Origin: Octopus sinensis
Taxonomy: Eukaryota
Reading direction: 5' to 3'
Assembly: GCF_006345805.1 (NCBI RefSeq)
Contig: NC_043004.1
Span: 4,650,001-4,714,000, forward strand
DNA: 64,000 bases
Shown: piece by piece, positions 51,774 through 63,289 of the stretch
Layout: the number at the start of each line of letters is the position of its first letter
Numbering within the stretch: the stretch's first letter is position 1
Position numbers and translations under genes: made by a program
Notes under the pieces: generated by a model
The model's database searches: none
What the model saw: only the letters and a program-made list of their open reading frames with translations
Told to the model about the DNA's origin: nothing

Positions 51774-52256
51774 TAACAATAATTCTTGGATGAAATTTAT
51801 TAATATTTAATACATTGCTACACATGTTTCCACAAATCACATGATTTTAACATCAGTGTCCATGTCCTTGAGATTAGTACAGTGTAGTTCGTATTATCTG
51901 TGGGCATTAGGTTGATCATCATCATTGATTCATTTCATCAGGCGATACTGAATTAGTGGATGAATCAAAGAGGGATGTTTATCCCTTCTAGCTAGTATGA
52001 AGGCCTGTCTAGCTAGTATGAAGACCAATCTAGCTAGTATGAAGGGATAAACAGCTCTCTCTGATTCATTCATTAATTCAGTATTGCCTGATGAAATGAA
52101 TCAATGATGATGATCAACTAGATGCCCACAGATAATATGGACTACACTGTATTAATCGCAAGGATTACAGACTCTGATGTTAAAATCATGGGATTTGTGG
52201 AAATGCGTGTAGTGATGTATTAAATATTTATAAACTCCATCCTAGAATTATTGTTA
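51774..52256. repeat. Long inverted repeat, ~215-bp arms, with a triplicated 16-mer at the apex; probable Penelope-like fold-back
   Basis: gatcatcatcattgattcatttcatcagg vs cctgatgaaatgaatcaatgatgatgatc; tctagctagtatgaag at 51987, 52008 and 52029. Confidence 0.92.
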
Positions 52257-52277
52257 TATATATATATATATATAATG

Positions 52278-52438
52278 ATGGGCTTCTTTCAGTTTCTATC
52301 TACCAGATCCACTCACAGTGCTTTGGTTAGATCGAGACTATAGTAGAAGACACTTGTTGAAGGTACCATGCAGTCGGACTGAACCTTGAACCATGTGGCT
52401 AGGAAGCAAGCTTCTTACCACACAGCCACGCCTGCGCC
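52278..52438 (-). mobile_element. SINE family A head+core
   Basis: gggcttctttcagtttc...cacagccacgcctgcgcc. Confidence 0.85.
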
Positions 52439-52450
52439 TATATATATATA

Positions 52451-52605
52451 GGTTGGCGTTAGGAAGGGCATCCAGCTGTAGAAACACTGCCAGATCTGAC
52501 TGGCCTGGTGTAGCCTTCGGGCTTGCCAGACCCCAGTTGAACCGTCCAACCCATGCTAGCATGGAAAGCGGATGTTAAACGATGATGATGATGATGATGA
52601 TGATG
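52451..52605 (+). mobile_element. Young retroelement 3' module ending in (GAT)n
   Basis: ggttggcgttaggaagggcatccagctgtagaaac...catgctagcatggaaagcggatgttaaacgatgatgatg. Confidence 0.8.
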
Positions 52606-53311
52606 CTATATATATATAGCATTGTATCTACATCACACCAGTGCAGTCATGAAATTTCTGTAGCATACACCTGTTGCTGCCACCATACTTCTGTAGTCAT
52701 TGCAGCCTGGTAGTGGCTACACTCCAACAGTCACATACTAAGGAAGGGAGGAAGTGCAACTATATTTGTCGCTGTGAAAGTCTTGTTAATCTGGTGGCGG
52801 TTGTAGATTGTGTGTTTAATTGAAACATATTGCTAGATCATTGCCTCCAGTAATCACTGTTTAAACATTAGGAGCAAGAACTAACTAGTGAATTGGAAAA
52901 TAAAATAATGGAAATGCGTGTGTGTGCTGACACACATAGATCTTTGTATTGTTGGTGGATCGTTGCTATCTGACCTGATCAACATAATATGGGGTATTGA
53001 AGCAATTGATTAGATGCCTAGGGTTACCAGTTTACAACACAGTCCACGACTATGTGTGTTTGTTGCTTTGATGTGGTAATTCATGGGTCGAAGTGACCTC
53101 AAAGCACTGAAATAACTGGTTAACCATTTGTGGGGATGTTGAAGGTAGGAAGGGGAAATTCACAATCTCTACACCCCAGATATATACATTAGTTATCTTA
53201 TTTTTATAATCACAAACCCAACTGTAGATCTCATATTTATTACAACACACAATGAAGCACTTCCTCAGGCCCTGAACTAATAATCACTCTGTGCCTACAT
53301 TTTCCCTCCAG

Positions 53312-53338
53312 ACTTATTTGCTCAACATGTTCCTGCAG
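53312..53338 (+). other. Candidate 27-nt microexon of an unidentified host gene
   Basis: ctaat...tgtgcctacattttccctccag|ACTTATTTGCTCAACATGTTCCTGCAG|gtattg; length divisible by 3, no stop codon. Confidence 0.3.
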
Positions 53339-53395
53339 GTATTGACTTACAAGTGTATCAAAGTGATTATGAAAACTGATATAAATGATACAACC

Positions 53396-53438
<43 letters not shown>

Positions 53439-54976
53439 TACTTTACAGAACATAATTTTGATGCACATTCTTTGTTCAAATTTCTTTGATGTTGCTCAAC
53501 TTTGTCTTCTACTTTGTCTGGTAAGGAGTCTGTAATTTAGTACCAGTAATATTTTGGTTGAATCAGTGATTTGTGTTTGGCCTTTCCTTTTGTTTGTGCT
53601 AAAATTTATGTGATAAACTTAACTGTTTTTTATTCCTGTCTCAAGCATTCTGTATTTTTCTTTTATGTATATGACTATACGGTTAAAATTCTAGTCCCTC
53701 AATTTCTAGAATTGTCAGCTCAGATTTTGCTGTTACCATTGTCTTTTATTTTCGTATTTGACTCATTCAACTGAGCTCCACTCTGATTTCATGTTGAAGT
53801 TCAAGAAGGAAAAAAATCAAAATAAGCCCACTTGATTTTAAAAGCTTTTTAAAGCATCTAATGAAATTTACATTCTTTTTGTGAGTTGGTTGTGCATATT
53901 TACATAGGTGATATGAAAACATAACCAGATTGTTACACATTTAGTTTGGGACTGTCATCAAACACTATTTTCTCTTACAAATATTTCAGAGTAAGTTTTG
54001 TCATTTTTAGTGAATTAACAAACCTCTTGACTCCATGTTGATTTTCATCCAGTGTGGCACCACACCACTTAGTGAAGTCTTGTTTTTTTGCTGGTATTTT
54101 ATTACTGGAAGCATTGGAACTGGAATAATTTTTACTGCAATCTTTACTTTCAGTTTAATTGGTGGTGCTTGTTTTCAATATGATTTCATAGATACAAACA
54201 TGGCTGTATGTTTAAAAAGCCTACTTTCTAATTATGTGGTCTTGGGTTTAGTCCTACTATGTAGCACCTTTAGCAAGTATCTTAACCAAAGCTTTATGAG
54301 CGGATTTGATAGGTGAAAACAGGAAGCCCATTGTGTGTGTGTGTGTGTGTATGAGTGAATGGGCATACGAAAGAAAGTGGCACTCAGCACATTTAGTAGG
54401 AGTTAAATGTATTATTTAATAACATTTTGATTTGGCAGAAGAGCTAGGTTCAGTTTACAAGCTCATGAAACTGAAGTTGCACAGAGCCAAGTTAAACTGT
54501 TATTAAATAATACACACACACACACTTGTGCAGCATTTTTTGTGTAGCAAGCTTTCTACAGCTGGATGCCCTTCCTGACACCAGCCTCCACCTGTTGCCA
54601 AGTGAGGTAGTTTCCCAAGTGTACATATATGTGCATATATACATACATACATATGTATATACATATGCATATATGGGTACAGGACGTCACACAACGTAAA
54701 CAACATGAAATATGAAAACAGGAAATACATAATATGAAAACATGGAATATGAATTTTTTTCAAACAACAAAAGGAACAAATGGAAAACAAGACTATCGAC
54801 ATAAAGAACAACCTTTCATTAGTTGTCGGCTGTTTTTCTACTCCATATTTCGAGCAATTTCACAACAAGATATATAGTCAAATTGACTAAATGAACATTA
54901 AAAATAACAATAATAAACAACAAGAGGATGTGCACATGGAATGTGTTAGTTTGATGCTAAGTAAAAAGAGTGAGTT

Positions 54977-55009
54977 TTTGATGTTTTGAGCACAGATCTT
55001 CATCAGAAA
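54977..55009 (-). ncRNA. Decayed minimal hammerhead-ribozyme motif in a probable Penelope-like remnant (~54680-55040)
   Basis: Minus strand UUU-CUGAUGA-A-GAUC-UGU-GCUC-AAAAC-AUC-AAA; same layout as 43922-43957, with CG-to-CA changes destroying GAAA and GUC. Confidence 0.5.
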
Positions 55010-55588
55010 GGGAAACGTCCAAAGAAAGAAAAAAAAAAAAAGAATCACCAACAGTATGGTTGTAAATGAGAATCATCATCATACAAGCAAGGTTGTTCAG
55101 ATCTCGCCTTCAATGAAAAACATGCATAGTCATAGGAAAATGCAGCCCTGCTTGGAAACAGGTGAAGGCTGGTCATAGGAAGGGCATCTTGCAGTAGAAA
55201 ATCTGCCTCAACAAATTTCATCTGGCCCACACAAGCTTAGAAAAGTTGATGTTAAATGATTATGTTGGTGATGTTTCATTTCCCAGTTGAAGATAGTTCT
55301 CTTCACTTATATATTGATAGCGGCCTTAGGAAAGGGATGAAGATCACAATCCTTTTCTCCTTTCCATCTATTTGATAAAATTGATTTTGAAAAGTCAGTC
55401 ACAAATGATGGTACCTCGGTGCATGAACATTTCATGTAAGTGAAAAATATATAAACAATGGGTTTGAAATTAACATTTATTTCACTTCAAGAATTTGAAG
55501 GTTAAACTTGTCAACTTTTAGAAGGATTTGAAATCAAATTTGTTGCATGTATCAGCATGTAAACTGTCTTTTGATTCTTGAAGGGCTA

Positions 55589-55835
55589 TTTACTCTTTTA
55601 ATACCAACCCATCTAAAACAACCCCTATCTGTTTTAAAGGAATGTAAATGAATTTTTTCCATCAAAGTTTCACATTAATTTACATTTCAAACATATATTT
55701 CAAAATATTAAATTATATTTCTAATCAAAATATTTGCTAATAGTACAGTTAATTTAGTAGATTTGTCATTATTTTCAAAATTAAATGAAACAAAGGCCAT
55801 TGTATTTCATGAAAATATAGTAATGAAAGTGTTAA
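55589..55835. mobile_element. Second, older piggyBac-like MITE
   Basis: Degenerate ends tttactctttta... / ...taatgaaagtg-TTAA. Confidence 0.4.
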
Positions 55836-56449
55836 GGGAAAATATTTAACTCTCTGGTTTCACAATGTGAATAGGATGAGAGATAAATCTTTTCCTGGAT
55901 AAATCACTTACCTGTCAGATAATATTCCCAGGTAATCTGATACCTGTTATTGACAGCTGTGTAAACTGCGGCTCTGATGACTAAAGCGTTTTACTCAGAA
56001 ACACAACAAAACACCTGCAGTTGATCATCATCATCATCACCATTGTCATTGACGTGTCTGCTATTCCATGCTTACACAGGTCAAACAAGAGTGTTGAGAC
56101 AGAGTTTTCTATGACTGGGCACCCTTTTTTTGTCACCAGCCTCTCTGCATCCAAGCAAGGTAATAATTTCCCAGTATATCAAGCCACAAACATTCCAGAC
56201 ATGCTTATGGGGAGAACTGGAAACAGATGACACTGGAATGAGCCTTTTGTTTACAAACATGCAGTATATGTATATGTACACACGTAATATATAAATACAT
56301 TTACATAGTGTGTGTGTGTATTTACACACATACACTGCTTCTCAGCCAGGAGTTTTGGGTTTAGTCCCACTGTGTAGCACCTCTTCTGCTATAGCCACAG
56401 ATTAAGGTTTCTGCCTACCAGAAACTTTGTGTTTGTTTGTACATATACA

Positions 56450-56456
56450 AATACAC

Positions 56457-56515
<59 letters not shown>
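56450..56515. repeat. (CA)n microsatellite
   Basis: Long nearly pure CA run abutting the mariner left end. Confidence 0.95.
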
Positions 56516-56517
<2 letters not shown>

Positions 56518-56518
<1 letters not shown>

Positions 56519-57726
56519 TAGGTTGTCCTAAGCTAAATCTTTTAGCGTTTCATTGAACACACCTGAAGTGTAGCAAAGTTAAAACCTTGATGTTGCTTGA
56601 AGTGGTAGTGTATCTCTTCTTTGTTCCTGATAAAAATCTTTCATTCCGGTTACCCTTAATTGCCATTTGAAACGGATAACCAAAAATTTCATATTCGTGT
56701 TGAAATGCTTTTCCTTTTTTTAAAAAAAGGAGAAAATGCTGCAAAGACTTGCAAAGACATTTATGAAGCTTATGAAGATGATGCTGTAGGTGAACCAGCT
56801 GTTCGAAGATGGTTTGCAAAATTTGAAGCTGGAGAATTTGGCTTGGAAGATGGCAGTTACAGTGGAAGGCCTTCAAAATTGGATGAAGCTGTTTTGAAGG
56901 CAAATATTGAAGAAAATTCAAATATCTCAACTGGAGGACTTGCAAGTTTCATGAACATCTAGTGAAGCTAGGATACATTTGTTGTTATAATGTATGGGTC
57001 CCTCACAAACTCTCAGAAAAGAAATGTTCGGACCAGTATTCCATTTGTGATATGCTTTTGAAACAATGAAAGTATACCTGTTTTGAAACTGGAGATAAAA
57101 AAATGGATTATGTATGAAAACATAGTGTGAAAAAGATCCTGGAGTTTGCATAAGGATCCCCCAAAACAGCAACCAAAGATGAATATCCATGTCATAAAAG
57201 CTATGCTTTGTGTTTGGTGGGATTATAAAGGCATTATTTATTATGAGTTTCTCTCACAAAGCCCGACCATTAATTCTGATGTGTGCTGTTGTCAGCTGGC
57301 TAATTTGAACCAAAAAAATCAAAGAATTGAAGCTGGAGATTGCCAACAGGAAAGGAGTAGTGTTCCAACAAGACACTGCCTGACCACATGTGTCTTTGGC
57401 TACCTGAGCAAAGTTACATGAACTTGGCTGGGATCTTTTACCCCATCCACCATATTTTCCTGATATTGCACCATCCAGCTACCACTTGTTTTTGTCTCTA
57501 TAGAACTCATTGCAAGGAAAAACATTTAACGATTTAGATGGAGTCAAAATACATCTAGATAACTTTTTTTTCTTCAAAACCAGTGAAATTTTATGCTAAT
57601 GGAATATTTAAGTTACTTGATAGATGGGCAAAGGTCATTAATAATAATGGAAATTATTTCATTGAATAAAATTTTATATCCCTTTTTGCATATTAAAAAA
57701 TGCTCAGAACTTTCCAGACAATCTAA
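56518..57726 (+). mobile_element. Near full-length mariner (DD34D) transposon, inactive
   Basis: TA-ttaggttgtc ... gacaatctaa-TA termini, ~1.2 kb, containing a transposase pseudogene. Confidence 0.92.
56660..57669 (+). pseudogene. mariner transposase pseudogene
   Basis: HTH region (AVRRWFAKFEAGEFGLEDGSYSGRP), WVPHKL, TGDKKW, MLCVWWDYKGIIYYE, FQQD, HPPYFPDIAPSSYHLF, GNYFIE*; 34-residue D..D spacing with the third Asp mutated; stops, frameshifts and a deletion. Confidence 0.92.
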
Positions 57727-57743
57727 TATGTATACATATTGTT

Positions 57744-57965
57744 TCAACCCATTTAGATTACTCTATCAAATGTAATGCTTAAATATTCACATTGTTCTGA
57801 ATTACTCATGCATTATTTTGTAGCTTCATGATTTCAATGATGTGATTGTTTATTTTCAAAATGATTTTGTAGTATAGGTGTGATAAGCTGGAGCTGGCCA
57901 ATTTGAACACAAAAACGGTAAAATATTTAGGCTAGGTATGGCTGGTTTAAATGTTAATGGGTTAA
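57744..57965 (-). mobile_element. piggyBac-like MITE
   Basis: Reverse complement of the 47743 family; right end atggg-TTAA. Confidence 0.75.
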
Positions 57966-58204
57966 AGTCCACTTTACCATGTTTATATCACCCGGACAGG
58001 ATTCATTGAAGCAGACTTTTTACAGCTGGATACCCTTCCTGTTGCCAATCTTCACCTGTTTTCAAGTAAGGTTCCTCATGGCCAGACATATTTTCACAGA
58101 AGATTGGAAATAAAGTACACTGCTTGTTTGATGCTGACACGTGTTTACTGGTATCATGCAATGCTGGGACCTGGAGATTTAAACACACACTGTTTTCTGC
58201 CTTA

Positions 58205-60028
58205 CCAAATTCTGGCAATCTAAATACTGCCAAAGAAACTTAAAGAAATGAGGAAAATAGTTGTGTGACCTGTCAATATTATTTATGAACATGTATTGAA
58301 TCATCAACTATTTCAAAACTTATATGATGAAAAGATTGTAGAGAAACATTGCTTTAATGTACCATGGAGAGTTACATTGGTTAAATTGTGACTGAACTTC
58401 ATGATAAAATTCTCTAATTCCTCAAGCATTAACAGTCTCCTTCTTGCAAACAATTTTGAAGACAAATATTTTATTGTTAGCCAGAGATATTTGACCCGAT
58501 ATTTCCATTTTCTCGATGATTTGAATATGTCAAATGCTGAAAAATGATGTGAACATTACTCAAACCAAGAGAAGCCTGTGGCATTTACAAGGAAATTAGC
58601 AATTTAGTGTCACCATGTTGAAGGTGGAAATCTAGTGAGTTTTTCAATCCTTGCTGATATCCTTAATGGAAATGGTAAAACATTTCCTGTGGAAATACTT
58701 GAAGTTAAAGAACTATTTGGAAATCCTCATCTTGAGGGTTACTTCTCTGATATTGATTACTTTAAATTGAAATTTCTTTGGATCTAGAATTCTTTCTCAT
58801 TTCATATATCTATGGTGAGTTACAATGACTCAGCAAAGTATAATTTCAGTGACCCTTAGAAGCCACAAGAAAGATAACTAATTCCAAAATACTGGACTGA
58901 GTTTCAAACAGTTTTAGTGTTAGCAGATAACATATTTTTTAGCATACAAGTCAGTGTATTATATAGTGTAAACATCACCTTGACCGACCAGTCCGCTGGT
59001 CACAGCACTCTGTCCACTCCTCTCTGGATCGCACCTTTCTCATCCACATGATCCCAATCGTCCTCCTGAAATCATAACTCCACAGCCATGGAGGTCTTCC
59101 GGGTGGTCTTTCCCGCTCGCACGGGTACCACTCGACAACTGCGTGGGTTCACCGATTATCAGTGAGCCGGGTGATGTGTCCAGCCCATCTATACTTGCAG
59201 AATTCCTTTGCAGTGTAAACATACAGTGTGAATATTCAAACATTCGTCAATATCTTACCAAGTCCTTCAGCATTTCACATGGAATTTTTGATTGTCTAAA
59301 GTTGTCAAGGTGTCTTGATGTACAAGGTCAACCTACCTTTTTTAGATGTAAATTTTGGTCTGGAAAATTTGTGTTGTATGCCTGAAAAGATGGTAGAAGC
59401 TTTGCTGTAAGGATAATGAGGTCATGTAAATTTTTTTCTTTTCCTTTTGTACACAACCTTGTATCTCTATGTAACGGAATTCTCTGCATTATTGAACTTG
59501 AAATCAAAGTAGAGAAATTGACTACATGTGTCAGATGACATGTGAGTAACTTTGTCAATAACTCTACCTTGATTCCATGTTTTGATCACACATTTTGCTG
59601 TAGCAAAACTCTTTCTCGATCAATAAGAATAAATGTTATAATATAGTAAAAATATGAAAAAAAAAAAGGAAGCACATTTTAACTGTTTGTTTGTTTGTTT
59701 TTAATGTAACTCAACTGTAAGTAATAAAAGTACTGATTTATAATCTGAAACAGATGAATCAAAGCTATGTTGTAAAATAATTGCAGCTAGTTTGTATTTG
59801 TCATTTACTGCTTTTCTATAAATAAATATGACAAAATCCTTTTTTTTTTTCCTGTTCTGTTCCTGGTTATCCATAAAGTAAAACCAAACTATTGGCATAT
59901 TTTGAAGTCATACTGGCACCTAATAGGACTGGTGGTAATGATTTTGACAGTCTGGCAAATTGGGGGTATGGAGACCTACTGAGTGATCCTGTGGGGGTCT
60001 GAAATCATAAAAAGGTTAAGAACTACTG
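58205..60028 (+). mobile_element. Decayed hAT (Buster/Charlie-type) transposon: 3' half of transposase and right terminus
   Basis: Remnants LKEMRKIVV*PVNII..HVLNHQLFQNLYDE and YHGELHWL (cf. YHTEVRWL); hATC-like TEFSALLNLKSK*RN*LHVSDDM*VTLS at ~59450-59590; terminus aaaaggttaagaactactg. Confidence 0.75.
58976..59211 (-). mobile_element. 5'-truncated RTE-clade LINE 3' end with 11-bp TSD, nested in the hAT fossil
   Basis: Translation KYRWAGHITRLTDNR*THAVVEWYPCERERPPGRPPWLWSYD...; agtgtaaacat at 58965-58975 and 59212-59222. Confidence 0.88.
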
Positions 60029-61197
60029 CACTGAACATTTTAATGTTTATGCATGCAAACCACCTACATGTGTGTGTGTGTGTGTGTCATGTGTGTATGT
60101 ACTAGTACATATTTGGTTATATAGTCCTAAATACCCTGTCTGAAATGTGGGTGGTTACCATTGATCATAAGATTGCTTTGACAGGGTTAACTTGGAGCTA
60201 AACAGCAACAAATTAGTTATATATTGATGGCTTTCTTCCAACCATAGACAACACTATAATTTCTCAAATTATTATACACTTATTACTTAGGTTGCATAGC
60301 AGGGTAGTGGTAGTGAGTGGGGTAGCAAAAATGGCCGGTGGGTTAGTGAGAAGATAGATCTAACAGAGCTGGACTAAATATTGTGTATTGAATACTATAT
60401 TTACTTTTATGTTATTTCACGTTTTAGTTTCAATTTGCACTGGGACCCAACTTAGTCTTTCATTCTTCCTAGGTTAACCAAATAAGTACCTGTTACATCA
60501 TTGGAATTGATGCAGTGGACGATACTTGTTTCCCCATTAAAAATTTGTGGCCTTGTGCCAGTGTGAGAAATCCTTATTTGCTGAGGTCATTAGCGGAAAT
60601 TTTCAACCATGAAATCTTTGGAGTTTGGAATGTGTTTTCTTTTTTCACTTTTGTTTTTGCTTTTGTTTTCTTTTATATATATATAACATTTATTTAGTCA
60701 CTTGGTGAGTGGTAGTGGTGGTGGAGGGGGGATGAACATGTAAAGGAATTTGAGCTTAAGAAGGCAATGATGAAAGGGAAGAATGAAGAGGAAGAGCCAG
60801 GAAGAAGAAAATCAATTGCAATCGTTTAAGTGACTCACTGCAAGACACACCCTCACAACTATGGCAGCAATATTAATTGAATTTCAAACTCGGAATGCAT
60901 TTTCCTCCAAACTCAGATGATTTCCGGCATGAAATTAGTAACTTCTTTTTTTTTCTGTTACTGTGTGATATTTTTTTCCATGTATCAGTTTACTAACCTC
61001 AAAACTTGTGTAGATTAATGAAACTGTATATGTTTTTGGAGTTAATTGTTAGGTACTCTTGCTTCCTCTCCTCTTCCATTCTTTCTCTGTTATGTTTTAC
61101 AATTAAGATTTGTAATATATACTGTTATAATTAGTAATATGTAACAACAATAATAATAATAACAATAATGAATTTATTATTATTATTATTATTATTA

Positions 61198-61860
61198 TAG
61201 GCAGCAAGCTGGCAGGATAATTATCGCACCAGACAACATACTTAGTGACATTTCTTCCAGTTCTTTACATTCTGAGTTCAAATCCCATAGAGGTCAATTT
61301 AGCCTTCCATCCTTTCAGGGTTGATAAACTAAGCACCAGCCAAGTACTGGGGTTGTTGTAATCAACTTTCTAACTGCCCTGAAAATTGCCAGTCTTGTGC
61401 CAAAATTAGTAAGAATTACTATTATGAAGGTAGTAAGCTGGCAAAATCATTAGCACATTAGACAAAATGTTTAGAGCATTTCATACATCTTAATGTTCTG
61501 ATTTCAAATTCCGCTGGTGTCAGCTTTGCCTTTTATCCTTTTGAGGTCAATTAAGTAAGTACCAGGTGAGTACTGGGATCAATGTAATCAACTAGCTCTC
61601 TCCCACAAAATTTCAAGCCTCATGTAGAAAGAATTATTAATATGGTGGTGATGAGTTGGCAGAATTGTTAGAGTGTCAGACAAAACACCTTGCAGTATTT
61701 CTTCTGACACTTTACTTTCTGAGTTCAAATCTTGTTGAGGTCAACTTTATCCTTAATTTCTTTTTCTCAAATACAAGTCAAGAATTGGAGTCACCCTTAT
61801 TTACTATACATAGCCTCCCCACAAAATTCATGGCCTTGTGCCTATATTAGAATCCATTAT
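61198..61860 (+). mobile_element. Three head-to-tail SINE family B copies after an (ATT)n tract
   Basis: Heads at ~61198, ~61426 and ~61645, each preceded by att-rich sequence. Confidence 0.85.
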
Positions 61861-62274
61861 GGAAGAATCATTTTAGCCTTTTAAGGGTACATGAAATCTG
61901 TTATATACATTTTTGTTTCTTTCTTAATAGTATTGTTTAGTATCTAGCATTTAAGTTGTTTTGTCATACTTCTATATCCTGGTCACTGACAAGAGTGTCA
62001 TTATGTCTATTATAAAGGGTCCAGTTTTTTCTGGATACTTCACAATAGGCTATATACTATTTGTGAAATAAATGAAGGTGAATTAAAGTTTTTATTGTGT
62101 GTTCTTAAATGGCTAAATGTGTTCTTAAAATGCCTCTTTCATGATGTAGTTGTTGCAGTCCATGGTTTCTGATCAAGCCACTTAGGCAAACAAGTACCAC
62201 TTAAATATATATATTATTGTTATTGCAAAAAAAGATAGAAATTATTGTTGATGTTATTATTTTTGTTATTACTA

Positions 62275-62728
62275 TATTCATATACACACACAAAAGATTA
62301 GACTGTTGGTAAAGAAAAATTCTTAAAATAAGGCTACAACAAGTAACCTTAGATGCCAAGAACTCCACTAAGTGTCCCAGCTGTCCTTAATAACACTGTT
62401 TTCTGCAGCTATACTAAACTGGATTTTATGCCTATTTCCTCTATCCATCTGTTCAAATCTTTAGGGATAGTTCCCAATGCACCTATAACTACTGGGATAC
62501 ATTTTACCTACACTTTCCATAGTCTCTGATATTCAATGGCTAGGTCCTGGTACTTTACTATTTTTTCTATACCTCTTATATTAATTTTTTTCATCATTTG
62601 GGACTGTAAAGTCAATTATTTGGCACTTTCTATTCTCTTTATCTACTACTACAATACCAGGTCTTCTAGCCTCTGTTACTCTGTCAGTCTGAATGTTCAA
62701 GTCCTGCAACATCTTGTATTTCTTACTG
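62275..62728 (-). mobile_element. 5'-truncated R4/Dong-type LINE (restriction-like endonuclease domain and 3' UTR)
   Basis: LQDLNIQTDRVTEARRPGIVVVDKENRKCQIIDFTVP / EKIVKYQDLAIEYQRLW..IPVVIGALGTIPK..LQKTVLLRTA; bordered by TAA-type repeats. Confidence 0.85.
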
Positions 62729-62749
62729 TATATTATTATTATTATTATT

Positions 62750-62958
62750 AAGCAGAAATGTTGGTATGCCAAGCAAAATGCTTAGCAGTATTTCGTCTGT
62801 CTTTACGTTCTGAATTCAAATTTTGCCGAAGTCGTCTTTGCCTTTTATCCTTTTGAGTTTGATAAATTAAGTGCTAGTTGTGTACTGGGGTCGATCTAAT
62901 CGATTGGCCACCTCTCTCCCTCTCAAAAATTTTGGGCCTTGTGCCTTGAATAGAAAAG

Positions 62959-62997
<39 letters not shown>

Positions 62998-63240
62998 GAT
63001 TTATTAAATTAAAAGAAATCATTTTCATCATTGAAGATGATGAGCTGGCAAAATTGTTAGTATGTTGGGCAAAGTGTATAGTGGCATTTCATCTGTCTTT
63101 ACATTCTGGGTTCTAATTCTTGCTGTGGTCAACTTAGCCTTTCATCTTTTCAAGGTCAATAAAATAAATACTAGTTGAGCATTTGGGTTGATGTAATTGA
63201 CTATCCTTTCACCCCAAATTTCAGGCCTTGTTTCTATTAT
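62750..63240 (+). mobile_element. Two SINE family B copies (62750-62960, 63035-63240) with (ATT)n between them
   Basis: tttgccttttatccttttgagtttgataaattaagt domain; gaaaagattattatt tail. Confidence 0.82.
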
Positions 63241-63289
63241 GAGGCTGTTGTATGCTACTTTACTTAGTAGTGAAGTTGTCTTGAAGTTT

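Noticed and set aside
51987-52044. Three 16-bp repeats with 5-bp spacers, superficially CRISPR-like
   Set aside because: Spacers far too short, eukaryotic context, no cas genes; it is the apex of a fold-back
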